DNA from: Acidobacteriota bacterium
GTDB taxonomy: Bacteria > Acidobacteriota > UBA890 > WLXD01
NCBI GenBank assembly: GCA_965205505.1
Contig: CBDBHB010000009.1
Coordinates: 1,696,001 to 1,760,000, forward strand
Direction: 5' to 3'
DNA: 64,000 nucleotides
Shown: positions 1-9,902 of the stretch, one piece after another
Numbering within the stretch: position 1 is the first letter of the stretch
Layout of the letters: each line of letters starts with the position of its first letter
Notes under the pieces: model-generated
Seen by the model: the letters and a program-made list of their open reading frames with translations, nothing else
Database searches by the model: none
Told to the model about the DNA's origin: nothing
Program-made: the position numbers and the translations under genes

Positions 1-4
1 TCCA

Positions 5-1549
5 GTGTCGGCCTCGGTGAGCGTTGCCTCCGCGAGCTTCGAGCCCGACGCGATCACGACGGCTTACTCGGGTTCGGTACGAGGGTTGGAAGGCGTTGCG
101 GTTGATCTCGGGGGGGTAGACGACCTACCCCGCATCGATCTGACTTCCGGTGAGCTCCTCGAGATCGAGGCTCACGGTGGCATCGATCTGAGCGGAAAGA
201 TCGCCCTCGTCGAGGGGTTGCCTATGCCCGAGGCGGCGTGGGTGCTCGAGAAAATGGGTGTTGCCGGGGCCGTGTTCATCAACCCGCGGGAGCGCCTCAA
301 CGAGCTCATCACGACTACCGTCTGGGGAACCCCCTCCCGCCGATCCGCACACCGTGTTCCCAGTCTCCCGGTGGCGCAGGTGCGGGCGTCCGATGGTGAT
401 CGCCTCAGGGAGCTGACCAGCAGTGGCGCTACCCTGCGTCTCGATGTGAGCACTGAGACCGGGTGGAAGGAGCTACGCCTCGTGGTAGCGCGCATCGACC
501 CGCCCGAGATCGAGGATGCGCCCTACGTTCTGTTGGGCGGCCATATCGATTCCTGGTACTACGGTGCTACCGACGAGGGGGCGTCGAACGCTGCCATGGT
601 GGAGCTTGCACGGGCGTTCTGGGCGGAGCGAGCCAGCTTGCGTCGGGGGCTGGTGGTGGCCTGGTGGCCGGGTCACAGCAACGGCCGGTATGCCGGGTCA
701 ACCTGGTTCGCGGACCACTATTTCGAGGAGCTGACCGCACGCGGCATCGCCTATATGAACATCGACGGCGTTGGGCAGATCGATGCGCGGAATTTCTCGG
801 TCAGCGCCAGCATGTCGCTTGCCGGCCTCGGTAGTGAGCTGGTGGGCGAGCTCACTCGGAGCGAGTCGACGGTCACCCTGCCTGGAAGGGATTCCGATCA
901 AGCGTTCAACGGGATCGGCTTGCCACAGTTGCAGTTCGGGCATTCGCGGTCGGCCGAGGATGGGGGCTACTGGTGGTGGCATACCGATGAAGACACCATC
1001 GACAAGATCGACCTGGACATTCTGGAGCTCGACACGGAGCTGTACGCTGTGGCGTTGGCGCGACTTCTCGCCGAAGACGTTCCCCCGTTCGACATCGAGG
1101 CCGAGACCGCGGCGCTGCTGGAACGGCTCGTCGAGCTCCAGGAGACCGCCGGTATGGATTTCGATCTCTCGCGGTCCGTCGACGACGCCCGCACCTTGAG
1201 CGAGCGAGCCGCTGCGCTGGCGACACGGATCGAGGAGGTCGCTCTGATGCCATGGCGAGCGCGCCGCTGGTTTCAGAGGGTGAACGTCGATCGAGCGCTC
1301 GTCCGCATCATGCGCCCGCTGCACCGAGTAATCCACACGCGATCTGGGGCCTTTCACCCCGATCCGGCATTGAGCGTGGGCGTGCTTCCGGGACTGACAC
1401 CCGTGCGTGAGCTCGGTTTGCTCGAAGTCGACAGCCGCCGCTACGGGTTCCTGCTCGTCGATCTCGTGCGAGAACGGAACCGGCTGCAAGCGGCGTTGCA
1501 CGAAGCGACTCGCGAGATCGACGTGTTGATCGCGTCGCGTTTGCGCTGA
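5..1549 (+). CDS. M28 family peptidase with PA domain (5' end probably outside window)
   Basis: GGHIDSW, GATDEG, YMNIDG and WWHTDEDT motifs of M28 zinc peptidases. Confidence 0.8.
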   Translation: MSASVSVASASFEPDAITTAYSGSVRGLEGVAVDLGGVDDLPRIDLTSGELLEIEAHGGIDLSGKIALVEGLPMPEAAWVLEKMGVAGAVFINPRERLNELITTTVWGTPSRRSAHRVPSLPVAQVRASDGDRLRELTSSGATLRLDVSTETGWKELRLVVARIDPPEIEDAPYVLLGGHIDSWYYGATDEGASNAAMVELARAFWAERASLRRGLVVAWWPGHSNGRYAGSTWFADHYFEELTARGIAYMNIDGVGQIDARNFSVSASMSLAGLGSELVGELTRSESTVTLPGRDSDQAFNGIGLPQLQFGHSRSAEDGGYWWWHTDEDTIDKIDLDILELDTELYAVALARLLAEDVPPFDIEAETAALLERLVELQETAGMDFDLSRSVDDARTLSERAAALATRIEEVALMPWRARRWFQRVNVDRALVRIMRPLHRVIHTRSGAFHPDPALSVGVLPGLTPVRELGLLEVDSRRYGFLLVDLVRERNRLQAALHEATREIDVLIASRLR

Positions 1550-1620
1550 GGCTGCCGCCCGCCGCCCCGGCAATTCCGCATTCCGCGCCGCGGCGTATCA
1601 GCAAGTAAGGAGGAGAGAGG

Positions 1621-1916
1621 TGGACCCCGAAATTCGGACAGCTTGCTAAGGTGGGATCCAGACGAAGGAGAAGGAGTCTGGAATGCCACGGGAGAGACGG
1701 AGATATCCTGCTGAGCTGAAGGCGAAGGTGGCGTTGGAGGCGCTTCGGGAGGAAGCGACAATGGCGGAGCTGGCAGCCCGCTACGATGTGCATCCGAACC
1801 TGATCGCCAACTCGAAGAAGAAGGCTCGGCAGAAGGTACTGGCTTGCGATCCAGCGATAGCTGACTCGAGCACAGGGTCGCCGCGACACGAGCGCCCCCT
1901 GCAGCGGAGAGCATAA
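1621..1916 (+). mobile_element. IS3-family remnant (left end plus truncated OrfA, 1683-1916)
   Basis: RRYPAELKAKVALEA...LAARYDVHPNLI resembles HTH_Tnp_1; upstream TGGACCCCGAAATTCGGACA resembles an IS3 inverted repeat; no OrfB. Confidence 0.7.
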
Positions 1917-2037
1917 CGCAGGTGCGCAGCGACAGACGATCGCCTAGAATCAGGGCTGTATCCTCCGTTCCAACGTGCTGGCGACGCTCTCACCACCGCC
2001 GGCCGCGCCACTTGCGTGAGTCCGAACGCGCCGCACT

Positions 2038-3450
2038 ATGCCTCGTCCGGCCAGTCGCTCGACCCGGATCTGCACCGCCGCCGCGCTGCTTTTGCTCGTG
2101 CAGGCGGCGGACGCGGTGGATCTACCGGCCACCTACGCGCTGGCGGGTAGCCTCAACGGGGGGCTGAGTTGGGCATCGTCGAACTACCGTTGCGACGATT
2201 GCAACGTGATCTTGGTCTCGATCGACACTCTCCGGCAGGATCACGTCGGCGCGTACGGCTACCAGCAAGATACGACTCCCAACATTGACTCGTTTGCCGA
2301 CGACGCCATGCGGTTCGAGCATGCCATCGCCATGGCGCCTTCGACGCTGCCCTCGCACGCCTCGATTTTCACATCGATGATCCCCGAGCATCATCGCGCA
2401 TTGCGTTCCACCGAACGGCCGTTGCCTGATGACGCCGTGACTATGGCCGAGATCCTCTTCCAGGCCGGGTATCGTACCGGTGGTTTTACCGCTGGCGCTC
2501 AGATGCACGAGAAGTACAACGTTGATCAGGGCTTCGACGTCTACGACTCGTTCGAGCAGGAAATGACCCACGCGTCGCGTTTCAGCGACATCGTCGAGAA
2601 AGGGAAGCAGTTTCTCGACGAGCATGGCGACGAGCAGTTCTTCCTTTTCCTGCACACCTATGAGGTACACACGCCGTACACGCCGCCGCGTGAGTACCTG
2701 CAGATGTTCGATCCCGGCTACGAGGGCGACCTTGGCGATGAGATCACCCTGCAATATCTACGCTCGGTTTTCGAGAACCCCGTGCGTTTGCGCGTCTCGG
2801 AGATGGACCGACGCCACATCGTCGCCGCATACGACGGCGAGATTCGCAACATGGACGCTGCGTTCGGCGATCTGGTGTCGTATCTGCGGGAGCGCGGCCT
2901 CTACGACAACACGCTGATCGTGTTCACCTCCGACCATGGCGAGGAGTTCGGCGAGCGAGGCCGTCATGGTTGGCACTCGTGGACGCTCTACGACGAGTTG
3001 CTCACGGTACCGCTGCTCATCAAGCTACCGGGCTCCCGGTACGGTGGCCAGGTGTTCGGCGAAGTGGCGCGTGGTATCGATCTACTGCCCACGATGGTCG
3101 ACTTGCTCGACATCGATACGGCTCAGCCTTTCGAGGGCCAAAGCTTGATGGATCGCGTGCTCAATCGGCGCACCGACGTAGTGTTCGCTGTCAGCCAGCG
3201 CGATTACGTGGGTGCGCTGCCGACCTCGATCCGAACAGCGCGCTGGAAGCTGTACGACGGCGCCCTGTACGACCTGGCGGTCGATCCGATCGAGCGCCGG
3301 GACGTATCGGCCGAGTACCCGCATGTAAGGACGTCGCTGGACGCCAACCTGGCGGTGATTCGAAGCCACACGGCGCTAGACGACGCGGATCCGATCGAGC
3401 TGGACGAAGCGCTGCGACGCGAGCTGCGAGATCTCGGCTACATCCAGTAG
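2038..3450 (+). CDS. Sulfatase-like hydrolase (alkaline phosphatase superfamily), probably exported
   Basis: NVILVSIDTLR, TLPSHASIFT, VHTPY, FTSDHGEEF, C-terminal LRDLGY. Confidence 0.85.
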   Translation: MPRPASRSTRICTAAALLLLVQAADAVDLPATYALAGSLNGGLSWASSNYRCDDCNVILVSIDTLRQDHVGAYGYQQDTTPNIDSFADDAMRFEHAIAMAPSTLPSHASIFTSMIPEHHRALRSTERPLPDDAVTMAEILFQAGYRTGGFTAGAQMHEKYNVDQGFDVYDSFEQEMTHASRFSDIVEKGKQFLDEHGDEQFFLFLHTYEVHTPYTPPREYLQMFDPGYEGDLGDEITLQYLRSVFENPVRLRVSEMDRRHIVAAYDGEIRNMDAAFGDLVSYLRERGLYDNTLIVFTSDHGEEFGERGRHGWHSWTLYDELLTVPLLIKLPGSRYGGQVFGEVARGIDLLPTMVDLLDIDTAQPFEGQSLMDRVLNRRTDVVFAVSQRDYVGALPTSIRTARWKLYDGALYDLAVDPIERRDVSAEYPHVRTSLDANLAVIRSHTALDDADPIELDEALRRELRDLGYIQ

Positions 3451-3499
3451 CCCGCCCCCCGCAAGGCTGGGACCCCCGTGCCGGGATGGGTCAGGTGGC

Positions 3500-4588
3500 T
3501 CAGCTACGCAGCAGCTCGTAGGCGACCCCGTCCAGCTGTTCGCGGTCGCCGAGGTCGTCCTCGACATCGCGGGCCCATTCCCCGAGTATCGCCTTGGGAC
3601 CAGCATGTAGCACTAGCAGCTCGGCCCCGAAGCCCGACCCGTACGAAAACGCCGCGAGGCGCTGGCCTTCCACCAAGCCGCGTAGCGCGTTGGCAACGGA
3701 GATCCACAGGCTGGCCGTGTAGGCGTTGCCGCAGAGTCGGTTCCAAAGCATGGTCGGGTCGACCTTCTGCTCGAACAGCCGCTCGATATCCTCGAGGCTC
3801 CATCCGAAATGCTCTCCGATCCGGTGCACTGTCTTACGCACCATCTTCGGAAAGGGCACGTGGAAGCAGATCGCGGCAAGCTCGGCGAACACTTTCTCGG
3901 GGTCGCGATCCCGTACCAACGCGCGGAAGCAACGTTCCGCGGCGCGCTTGTAGCAGTCGAGGCTCAACGCCCCATCGACTCGCGGGAACGATTCGCCGAC
4001 CGGACGGAAGAAGTCGAACTGCGGTTCGCTCCAGGCGTGGGACTCGGGGTCGATGGCAGCGACGGTGGGTTCCTCGATGACCATGGCGGCGGCGCCGGCA
4101 CCTTGCGTAGGCTCGCCGGGGTCACCCGGCTCGTAAAGCGATACATCGGCGGCGATGACCAGGGCGGCGCGGTCCGCCGCGGCACCAGACATTCGCCACT
4201 CGGCGGCTTGCCGAACCGCGAGCGTGCCACCGTAGCAGGCGTGCTTGACCTCGTAGGAGCGCACCGCGCCCTCCAGCTCGAGCCGATCGGCGACGAAGGC
4301 GCTCAAGGGACGGCTCATGTCGATCGCGGTCTCGGTGCCAACAGCGAGCAGTCCGATCTTGGAGCGGTCCCCGTCCCAGCGGTCCAGGGCCCGCTCGGCG
4401 GCCTTGACTGCCAGATCGACTACCCCGTAGCCCGGCGGGCAAAGCGACATCTGTTCGCAGCCGAGGCCGACCTTGTACTTGTCGGGGTCGACTCCACGCA
4501 GCTCGGCGAGACTGTCGAGATCCATAGCCAACGGCGGCAGCGCCAGGCCGATCGAAGCGATGCCGGTATCCGGACGCTCTACTCGCAC
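3500..4588 (-). CDS. Hydroxymethylglutaryl-CoA synthase family protein
   Basis: VGTETAID, KHACYGGT (catalytic Cys), GEPTQGAGA, FHVPF, GNAYTAS, FSYGSG. Confidence 0.9.
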   Translation of the reverse strand: MRVERPDTGIASIGLALPPLAMDLDSLAELRGVDPDKYKVGLGCEQMSLCPPGYGVVDLAVKAAERALDRWDGDRSKIGLLAVGTETAIDMSRPLSAFVADRLELEGAVRSYEVKHACYGGTLAVRQAAEWRMSGAAADRAALVIAADVSLYEPGDPGEPTQGAGAAAMVIEEPTVAAIDPESHAWSEPQFDFFRPVGESFPRVDGALSLDCYKRAAERCFRALVRDRDPEKVFAELAAICFHVPFPKMVRKTVHRIGEHFGWSLEDIERLFEQKVDPTMLWNRLCGNAYTASLWISVANALRGLVEGQRLAAFSYGSGFGAELLVLHAGPKAILGEWARDVEDDLGDREQLDGVAYELLRS

Positions 4589-4790
4589 GAAATCTGCTCC
4601 CGATGACGTTTCTAGGAAGGGTCCTCACGTCCCGGGCGGGACACGTTGAAAGCGACACCCCCTAACCCCGATCTGCGGAGTCAGCGAAGTGTAGGAGCGA
4701 ACGTGTGTCTACGGCAAGCCGCGGGGCAAAGACGGCGATCAGTGAACTCAGCGCAACCGGGGCGTTATGCTAGGGTAAAGTGCCCTTTGA

Positions 4791-6113
4791 ATGGTCCCCT
4801 TTTTTGGTCTCATGCCCGACTCCACATCGATTCTCCGCCTGTTGCGCGACTTGGTGCGCCGAGCCCGGACCAACCGCTTGTTACAGGAGCTCGCCGATTC
4901 CGTCGGCGGTGCGCTGGCGGCCTGGCTGCTCATGGCGTTGTGGAACGCTACTATGCCCCGCCAGATTGCCCTGGGGTGGCCGTTCTTCGCGATCGTCGCC
5001 GTCGCTGCTGTGCTACGGACCGTCATACGCTGCGCGCGCCCGATGCCGCTCTGGGAGGCTGCTTCTCGCGCCGACGAGGTCGCCGACCTGACCGACGAGC
5101 TGACTTCAGCGTATTGGTTCGTACGTCACCCCCAGGAGGACGATTGGGTGGGGCGTCATGTCGAGCGCGCCGCGGATACTGCCCGAGAACTGGACGGCGG
5201 TACGCTGTTGCCGGTTCGCCGTCCGCAACGCCTCGGCCTGGCGGCCGGCTGTTTCGCTGGCCTGCTCGCCGTGGCGCTCTTGCCTGTACCGCGGGTGTTC
5301 GAGAACATCGTTGATCGGCTGAGCGATATCGCGCTGTCCAACGAACCCCTCGACGAGAGCATGGAGGCGCTGTCGGCGTTGGAAGAGGCCGCCGATGCTG
5401 CTGCGCGGGCCGATGAGCCACAGGCCCCTATCGCCGACGAACAGTTGCTCATGCCGCAGCCGGGCGACGAAGGGGAGACGTCCGAAAACGCGCTCGAGGA
5501 GGACTCGGCGCTGGAGGAGCAGGAGGCGGATCCGGACGGCGCGTTCACCGAGGGGGACGAGGCCGGGGAGGAGGGGGAGGCCGGCGAGGAAGGTGAGCAG
5601 ACTCAGGTCGAGAATTCCGAAGACATCCCCGCCGATACGGAAGGTGAGCAGGCGCCCGACCCGAACGCCAGTCAGCAGGAGGGTCAGGGCGAATCAACCG
5701 AGGAAAGTGGCACCATGTTGCCTGGCGGGGACGAGGTGTTCCTGCAGCAGGGCACGGACGAGGCCGACCAGGCGCAGCTGGGCGAGGAAGAGGTCGGGCA
5801 TGCGACGCGCGAGGGCGGGGAGGAACAAGATCTAGTGCAGGGCGAGCTGAGCACCTTGGAGGTGGAGCTACAGCGCGAGATCCTGGCGATGTCGGAGGAG
5901 GAAGCTGAGGAGGAACCGGAGGAGATGGAGGAGTTGGTTATCAAGGCTGAGGTGTCGCGGCTCGAGTTCCAAACAGTGGAGTCGCCCAGCGAGTATGCCC
6001 AGCAGGAGCTCATGCAGACCGAGACCGTGCCGTGGAGTTACCGGGATCTCGTGCGGTCGTACTTCAAGACGCTGCGCGCACGTGACAACCAGCAAGAAGA
6101 CGAAGGACGATGA
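4791..6113 (+). CDS. Membrane-anchored, very acidic protein of the MoxR operon
   Basis: N-terminal TM helices, long E/D/G/Q-rich tract, C-terminal VPWSYRDLVRSYF; ATGA overlap with moxR. Confidence 0.7.
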   Translation: MVPFFGLMPDSTSILRLLRDLVRRARTNRLLQELADSVGGALAAWLLMALWNATMPRQIALGWPFFAIVAVAAVLRTVIRCARPMPLWEAASRADEVADLTDELTSAYWFVRHPQEDDWVGRHVERAADTARELDGGTLLPVRRPQRLGLAAGCFAGLLAVALLPVPRVFENIVDRLSDIALSNEPLDESMEALSALEEAADAAARADEPQAPIADEQLLMPQPGDEGETSENALEEDSALEEQEADPDGAFTEGDEAGEEGEAGEEGEQTQVENSEDIPADTEGEQAPDPNASQQEGQGESTEESGTMLPGGDEVFLQQGTDEADQAQLGEEEVGHATREGGEEQDLVQGELSTLEVELQREILAMSEEEAEEEPEEMEELVIKAEVSRLEFQTVESPSEYAQQELMQTETVPWSYRDLVRSYFKTLRARDNQQEDEGR

Positions 6114-7102
6114 TCGAAGTCGAAGAGAGCATCGAGAGTTTCCAGGGACGGTTCCAGATCGTTCGCGACGAGATCGGCAAGATCATCGTCGGTACCGACG
6201 AAGTAATCGCCGGGATCTTGACCGCCCTCCTGGCCGGCGGTCACGCGCTGCTGGAGGGAATTCCGGGACTCGGCAAGACCAAGCTGGTGCACACGCTCGC
6301 CGACGTGTTGCACCTGGATTTCCACCGCATCCAGTTCACCCCCGACTTGATGCCCGCGGATATCGTGGGAACGAACGTCGTGCACGAAACACCGGATGGA
6401 GGGCGGCACCTGGAGTTCCAGCCCGGGCCCATCTTCGCCAACATCGTTCTGGCCGACGAGATCAACCGCGCCACTCCGAAGACGCAGTCGGCGCTGCTGG
6501 AGGCGATGCAGGAGAACAGCGTCTCGGTGGGCCGCGAGACCTACCAGCTGGAGCAGCCGTTCTTCGTGCTCGCCACCCAGAATCCGCTCGAGATGGAAGG
6601 GACGTATCCCTTGCCGGAGGCGCAGCTCGACCGTTTCTTGTTCAAGCTCAAGCTTGACTTCCCGAGCGTCGAGCATCTGCACGAGATCATGGAGCGCACG
6701 ACGCAGGCCGATGAGCCAACGGTGACGCGGGTGCTCGATGGCGAGCAGATCGTCGAGATGCGCAAGACGGCGCGCTCGGTGCTGATCTCCAAGCCGGTGC
6801 AGGACTATGCCATCCGGCTCACCCTGGCCACGCATCCGGGCTCGGAGCACGCGGTGCAGGAGACCGAGAAGTACGTGCGCTACGGCGCCGGGCCACGCGC
6901 CATCCAGGCGCTCGTGCTGGCCGGTAAGATTCGCGCGCTGCTGCAAGGTCGAGTGCACGTTGCGGCGGAAGACATCCGTGCCAACCTGATGCCGGCGCTG
7001 CGACACCGTGTGTTGCTCAACTTCGAAGGCGAGGCCGACCGCATCGACACCGACACGATCTTGACGGAGATCCTCGAGAGTTTGCCGGGGCCAGGCGAAT
7101 AG
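6110..7102 (+). CDS. moxR: MoxR family AAA+ ATPase
   Basis: EGIPGLGKT, RIQFTPDLMPADI, LADEINRA, ATQNP, PEAQLDRF. Confidence 0.95.
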   Translation: MIEVEESIESFQGRFQIVRDEIGKIIVGTDEVIAGILTALLAGGHALLEGIPGLGKTKLVHTLADVLHLDFHRIQFTPDLMPADIVGTNVVHETPDGGRHLEFQPGPIFANIVLADEINRATPKTQSALLEAMQENSVSVGRETYQLEQPFFVLATQNPLEMEGTYPLPEAQLDRFLFKLKLDFPSVEHLHEIMERTTQADEPTVTRVLDGEQIVEMRKTARSVLISKPVQDYAIRLTLATHPGSEHAVQETEKYVRYGAGPRAIQALVLAGKIRALLQGRVHVAAEDIRANLMPALRHRVLLNFEGEADRIDTDTILTEILESLPGPGE

Positions 7103-7129
7103 AAATCCCGTGATCGTGCGAACAGGCTG

Positions 7130-8044
7130 ATGGGTGCCGCGAACGCCGAACCGCTGAGCGAGGGCGGCCTAGGGCCGTTCGACGAGGAGTTCCTACGCAA
7201 GCTCGAGCTACTTAGCGTGGTCTCCAAGCGGCTGCTTTCGGGGCAGTTCAAGGCAGAGCGGCGTGCCCGCAAGGTGGGTGCCGGCGTGGAGTTCGCCGAC
7301 TATCGCGGCTACGTGCCCGGTGACGATTTTCGCGCCGTCGATTGGCGTGCCTACATGCGGCTCGGTCGCCTGATCCTGAGATTGTACGAGGAGGAGACCG
7401 ACCTCCCGATCTACCTGTTCGTCGACGCCAGCCTGTCGATGGGAACCGATGGCGGCAAGAAGCTCGACTATGCGAAGAAGGTGGCTGCGGCCCTGGCGTA
7501 CGTTGGCCTGTCGAACCTGGATCGCGTCAACCTGGTGGTCTACGCCGAGGGGATTATCGAGGAGCTGCCGGCGCAGCGCAGCAAGGGCCAGATCTTCAGC
7601 ATCCTGCGGTTCCTGGCGCGCGTGCGAGCCAGCCACGAGACCAACGCCGGTAGGGCGTTCCACCGATTCTTCACTGCCAAGCGCCGTCGCGGCATGACGG
7701 TGGCGATCTCCGACTTCTTCGACCCCCACGGCGCCACCAAGGCGTTCGACATCGTTCGTTATCGCCGCCAGGATCTGCTCGCTGTGCACGTCGCCAGCCC
7801 GCAGGACATGTCGCCCAGCCTGAATGGCGAGGTCACGCTGATCGATTCGGAGACGCGCCAGCCTCAGGACATTACCGTCACGCCGACCCTGCTGCAGGCC
7901 TACGAAGAGGAGTACGATCGATACTGCGACGAGCTGGAGCGCTACTGCACCCTGTACGGCTTCAGCTATGTGCGCACGATCACCGATTTCCCCTTCGAGG
8001 AGCTTATCCTGCAGGTAATGCGACAGGGCAGGTTCCTCTCGTGA
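7130..8044 (+). CDS. DUF58 domain protein
   Basis: EFADYRGYVPGDDFRAVDW, DASLSM, ISDF. Confidence 0.9.
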   Translation: MGAANAEPLSEGGLGPFDEEFLRKLELLSVVSKRLLSGQFKAERRARKVGAGVEFADYRGYVPGDDFRAVDWRAYMRLGRLILRLYEEETDLPIYLFVDASLSMGTDGGKKLDYAKKVAAALAYVGLSNLDRVNLVVYAEGIIEELPAQRSKGQIFSILRFLARVRASHETNAGRAFHRFFTAKRRRGMTVAISDFFDPHGATKAFDIVRYRRQDLLAVHVASPQDMSPSLNGEVTLIDSETRQPQDITVTPTLLQAYEEEYDRYCDELERYCTLYGFSYVRTITDFPFEELILQVMRQGRFLS

Positions 8045-8051
8045 GGGCGCG

Positions 8052-9872
8052 ATGACGTTTCTGGCGATGGCACAGTGGCAGGCCTGGGTGCTGCTGGCGG
8101 CGACCGCGATCGCGATCTTGGTGATCTTCTTTCTGCGGATTCAGCATCGCCGTATTGTGGTCTCGTCATCGTTCCTTTGGGAGCGCGTACTGGAAAGGCG
8201 TAAGCGGCGCTCGTGGATGGAGCTGCTGAGGCGGTTGATCTCGTTGCTGATTGCGCTCGCCATCGGTTTGTCGCTGGTCATGGTGTTCTCCGAGGCGGAG
8301 CTTGGCGGGGCCGGCCGCACACCGCGAGACATCCGGCTGGTGATCGACATCCGGCCGCACATGGCGGCGCGGATGAGAGATGGGCGCTCGCGCCTGCAGG
8401 CGGCGCGCGACCGCGCTGCCGAGTTACTGGGAGGAGGCTCGGGGGCCGACAGCTTCACGGTCTACGACACCGACGGCCGGCTGATCGCGGCGCGAACCCG
8501 GGATCGGCGAGCGGTTAGCGCGGTCCTCGTCGACGTGCGAGCGATCGGTGTCCGGTTCCTGCTGCCCGATCCGGAACCGGACACCGAGACCTGGGTGGTC
8601 ACCGACGGCGTCGGCATGCCGCCCCTGCCGCCGGACTACCGTGTCGCGCCGGTCTACGAGCCCGCCGTGAACGTGGGCGTGACTTCTTTCGAGGTCCGCC
8701 CTTGGCCATCGGACCCGTATCGCTCCGAGGCGTTTCTGGAGGTGGGTAACTTCTCCGCCGAGACGCAGGAAACGACCATCGTGCTGCGCGACTCCGGCGG
8801 CGTGCAGTTCCGGCGCAGCGTCGCGCTCCAGCCAGATGAGCTGTATCGCAACACTTTCGATCTGAGCCCACTGCAGGGCGGCGTTCTGGAGGCCGAGGTG
8901 CGTACCGACGGCGACGCGCTCGACCTCGACGACAGCGCCTACGTGTTCGTCGCTGAACGGGGTGCCCAGCGGATCGCGGTGGTGAGCCAGCGGCCCTCGT
9001 CGCTGTCGGAGCTGCTTCTGGAGCTGCCGCACCTCGAGCTGACCGCGATGACGCCGGTCCAGTACGAGGATTGGATGACTGGTCTCAGTACCGGCGGAGT
9101 TGGAGGGATGGCACAGGCTGCGGTCCAGCCACCTGCTTTCGATGGATTCATCTTCGAAGGCTACGCGCCTGGCGAGCCGCCACCGACTCCGGCGGTGCTT
9201 TTTGCGCCAGACGAAGTCAGCTGGCTACCGCGGCCACGAGGGGCGGCGCGTGATCTCGTCGTTACGACGACCGATTCGGCGTCCACCATCATGCAATTCG
9301 TTGACCTACACGACGTCAAGGTCGAGCGCGCCGTCCGCGTCGATCCGGGCAGCGCTACGATGCTCGCGGGGGATGCGAGCGTGCCGTTGATCCTCAGTGG
9401 CCGAAGCGAGATCGCACCGTGGATCATGATCACGTTCGCTCTCGCTGACTCCGACTTCGACCAGAGCCTCGGCTTTCCCATCTTCGTTAGCAATTTGTTG
9501 CGATGGTTCCGGCCGCATCTCTCAACCCGCACCGCTGAGCTCGGAGACGTGGTGTTGACGGCCGTCGGAGTGACCGTTGTCGATGTCCTGTCAGACGAGC
9601 CGGTGGCGGTGCGCCGGTCCGGTGAGCGAAGCTATTTCACCGCCTTGCGCCCGGGGCTCTTCATGGCCACGAGCGCTGAAGGTCGCGTACCGATCTCGGT
9701 CGGCGCCGGTGGTCAGGGAACGTCGGCGATCAATCGGAGCGGCCTCGAAGCCGGAAACGAGAATCTCGAGGTGCCGGCAATGGCGCGGCGCCTGTGGCCG
9801 ACGCTGCTGGCGTTGGTGGCGGCACTGCTGGCGCTCGAAGCGCTGACCTATCACCGGAGGATCACCGTCTAG
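8052..9872 (+). CDS. BatA/VWA-domain membrane protein
   Basis: BatA-like N-terminus (VSSSFLW), degenerate VWA (VIDI...TDG), C-terminal TM. Confidence 0.7.
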   Translation: MTFLAMAQWQAWVLLAATAIAILVIFFLRIQHRRIVVSSSFLWERVLERRKRRSWMELLRRLISLLIALAIGLSLVMVFSEAELGGAGRTPRDIRLVIDIRPHMAARMRDGRSRLQAARDRAAELLGGGSGADSFTVYDTDGRLIAARTRDRRAVSAVLVDVRAIGVRFLLPDPEPDTETWVVTDGVGMPPLPPDYRVAPVYEPAVNVGVTSFEVRPWPSDPYRSEAFLEVGNFSAETQETTIVLRDSGGVQFRRSVALQPDELYRNTFDLSPLQGGVLEAEVRTDGDALDLDDSAYVFVAERGAQRIAVVSQRPSSLSELLLELPHLELTAMTPVQYEDWMTGLSTGGVGGMAQAAVQPPAFDGFIFEGYAPGEPPPTPAVLFAPDEVSWLPRPRGAARDLVVTTTDSASTIMQFVDLHDVKVERAVRVDPGSATMLAGDASVPLILSGRSEIAPWIMITFALADSDFDQSLGFPIFVSNLLRWFRPHLSTRTAELGDVVLTAVGVTVVDVLSDEPVAVRRSGERSYFTALRPGLFMATSAEGRVPISVGAGGQGTSAINRSGLEAGNENLEVPAMARRLWPTLLALVAALLALEALTYHRRITV

Positions 9873-9902
9873 CAGGCGGCCTGCTAGGGCGGAAGTCAAT
9901 CG

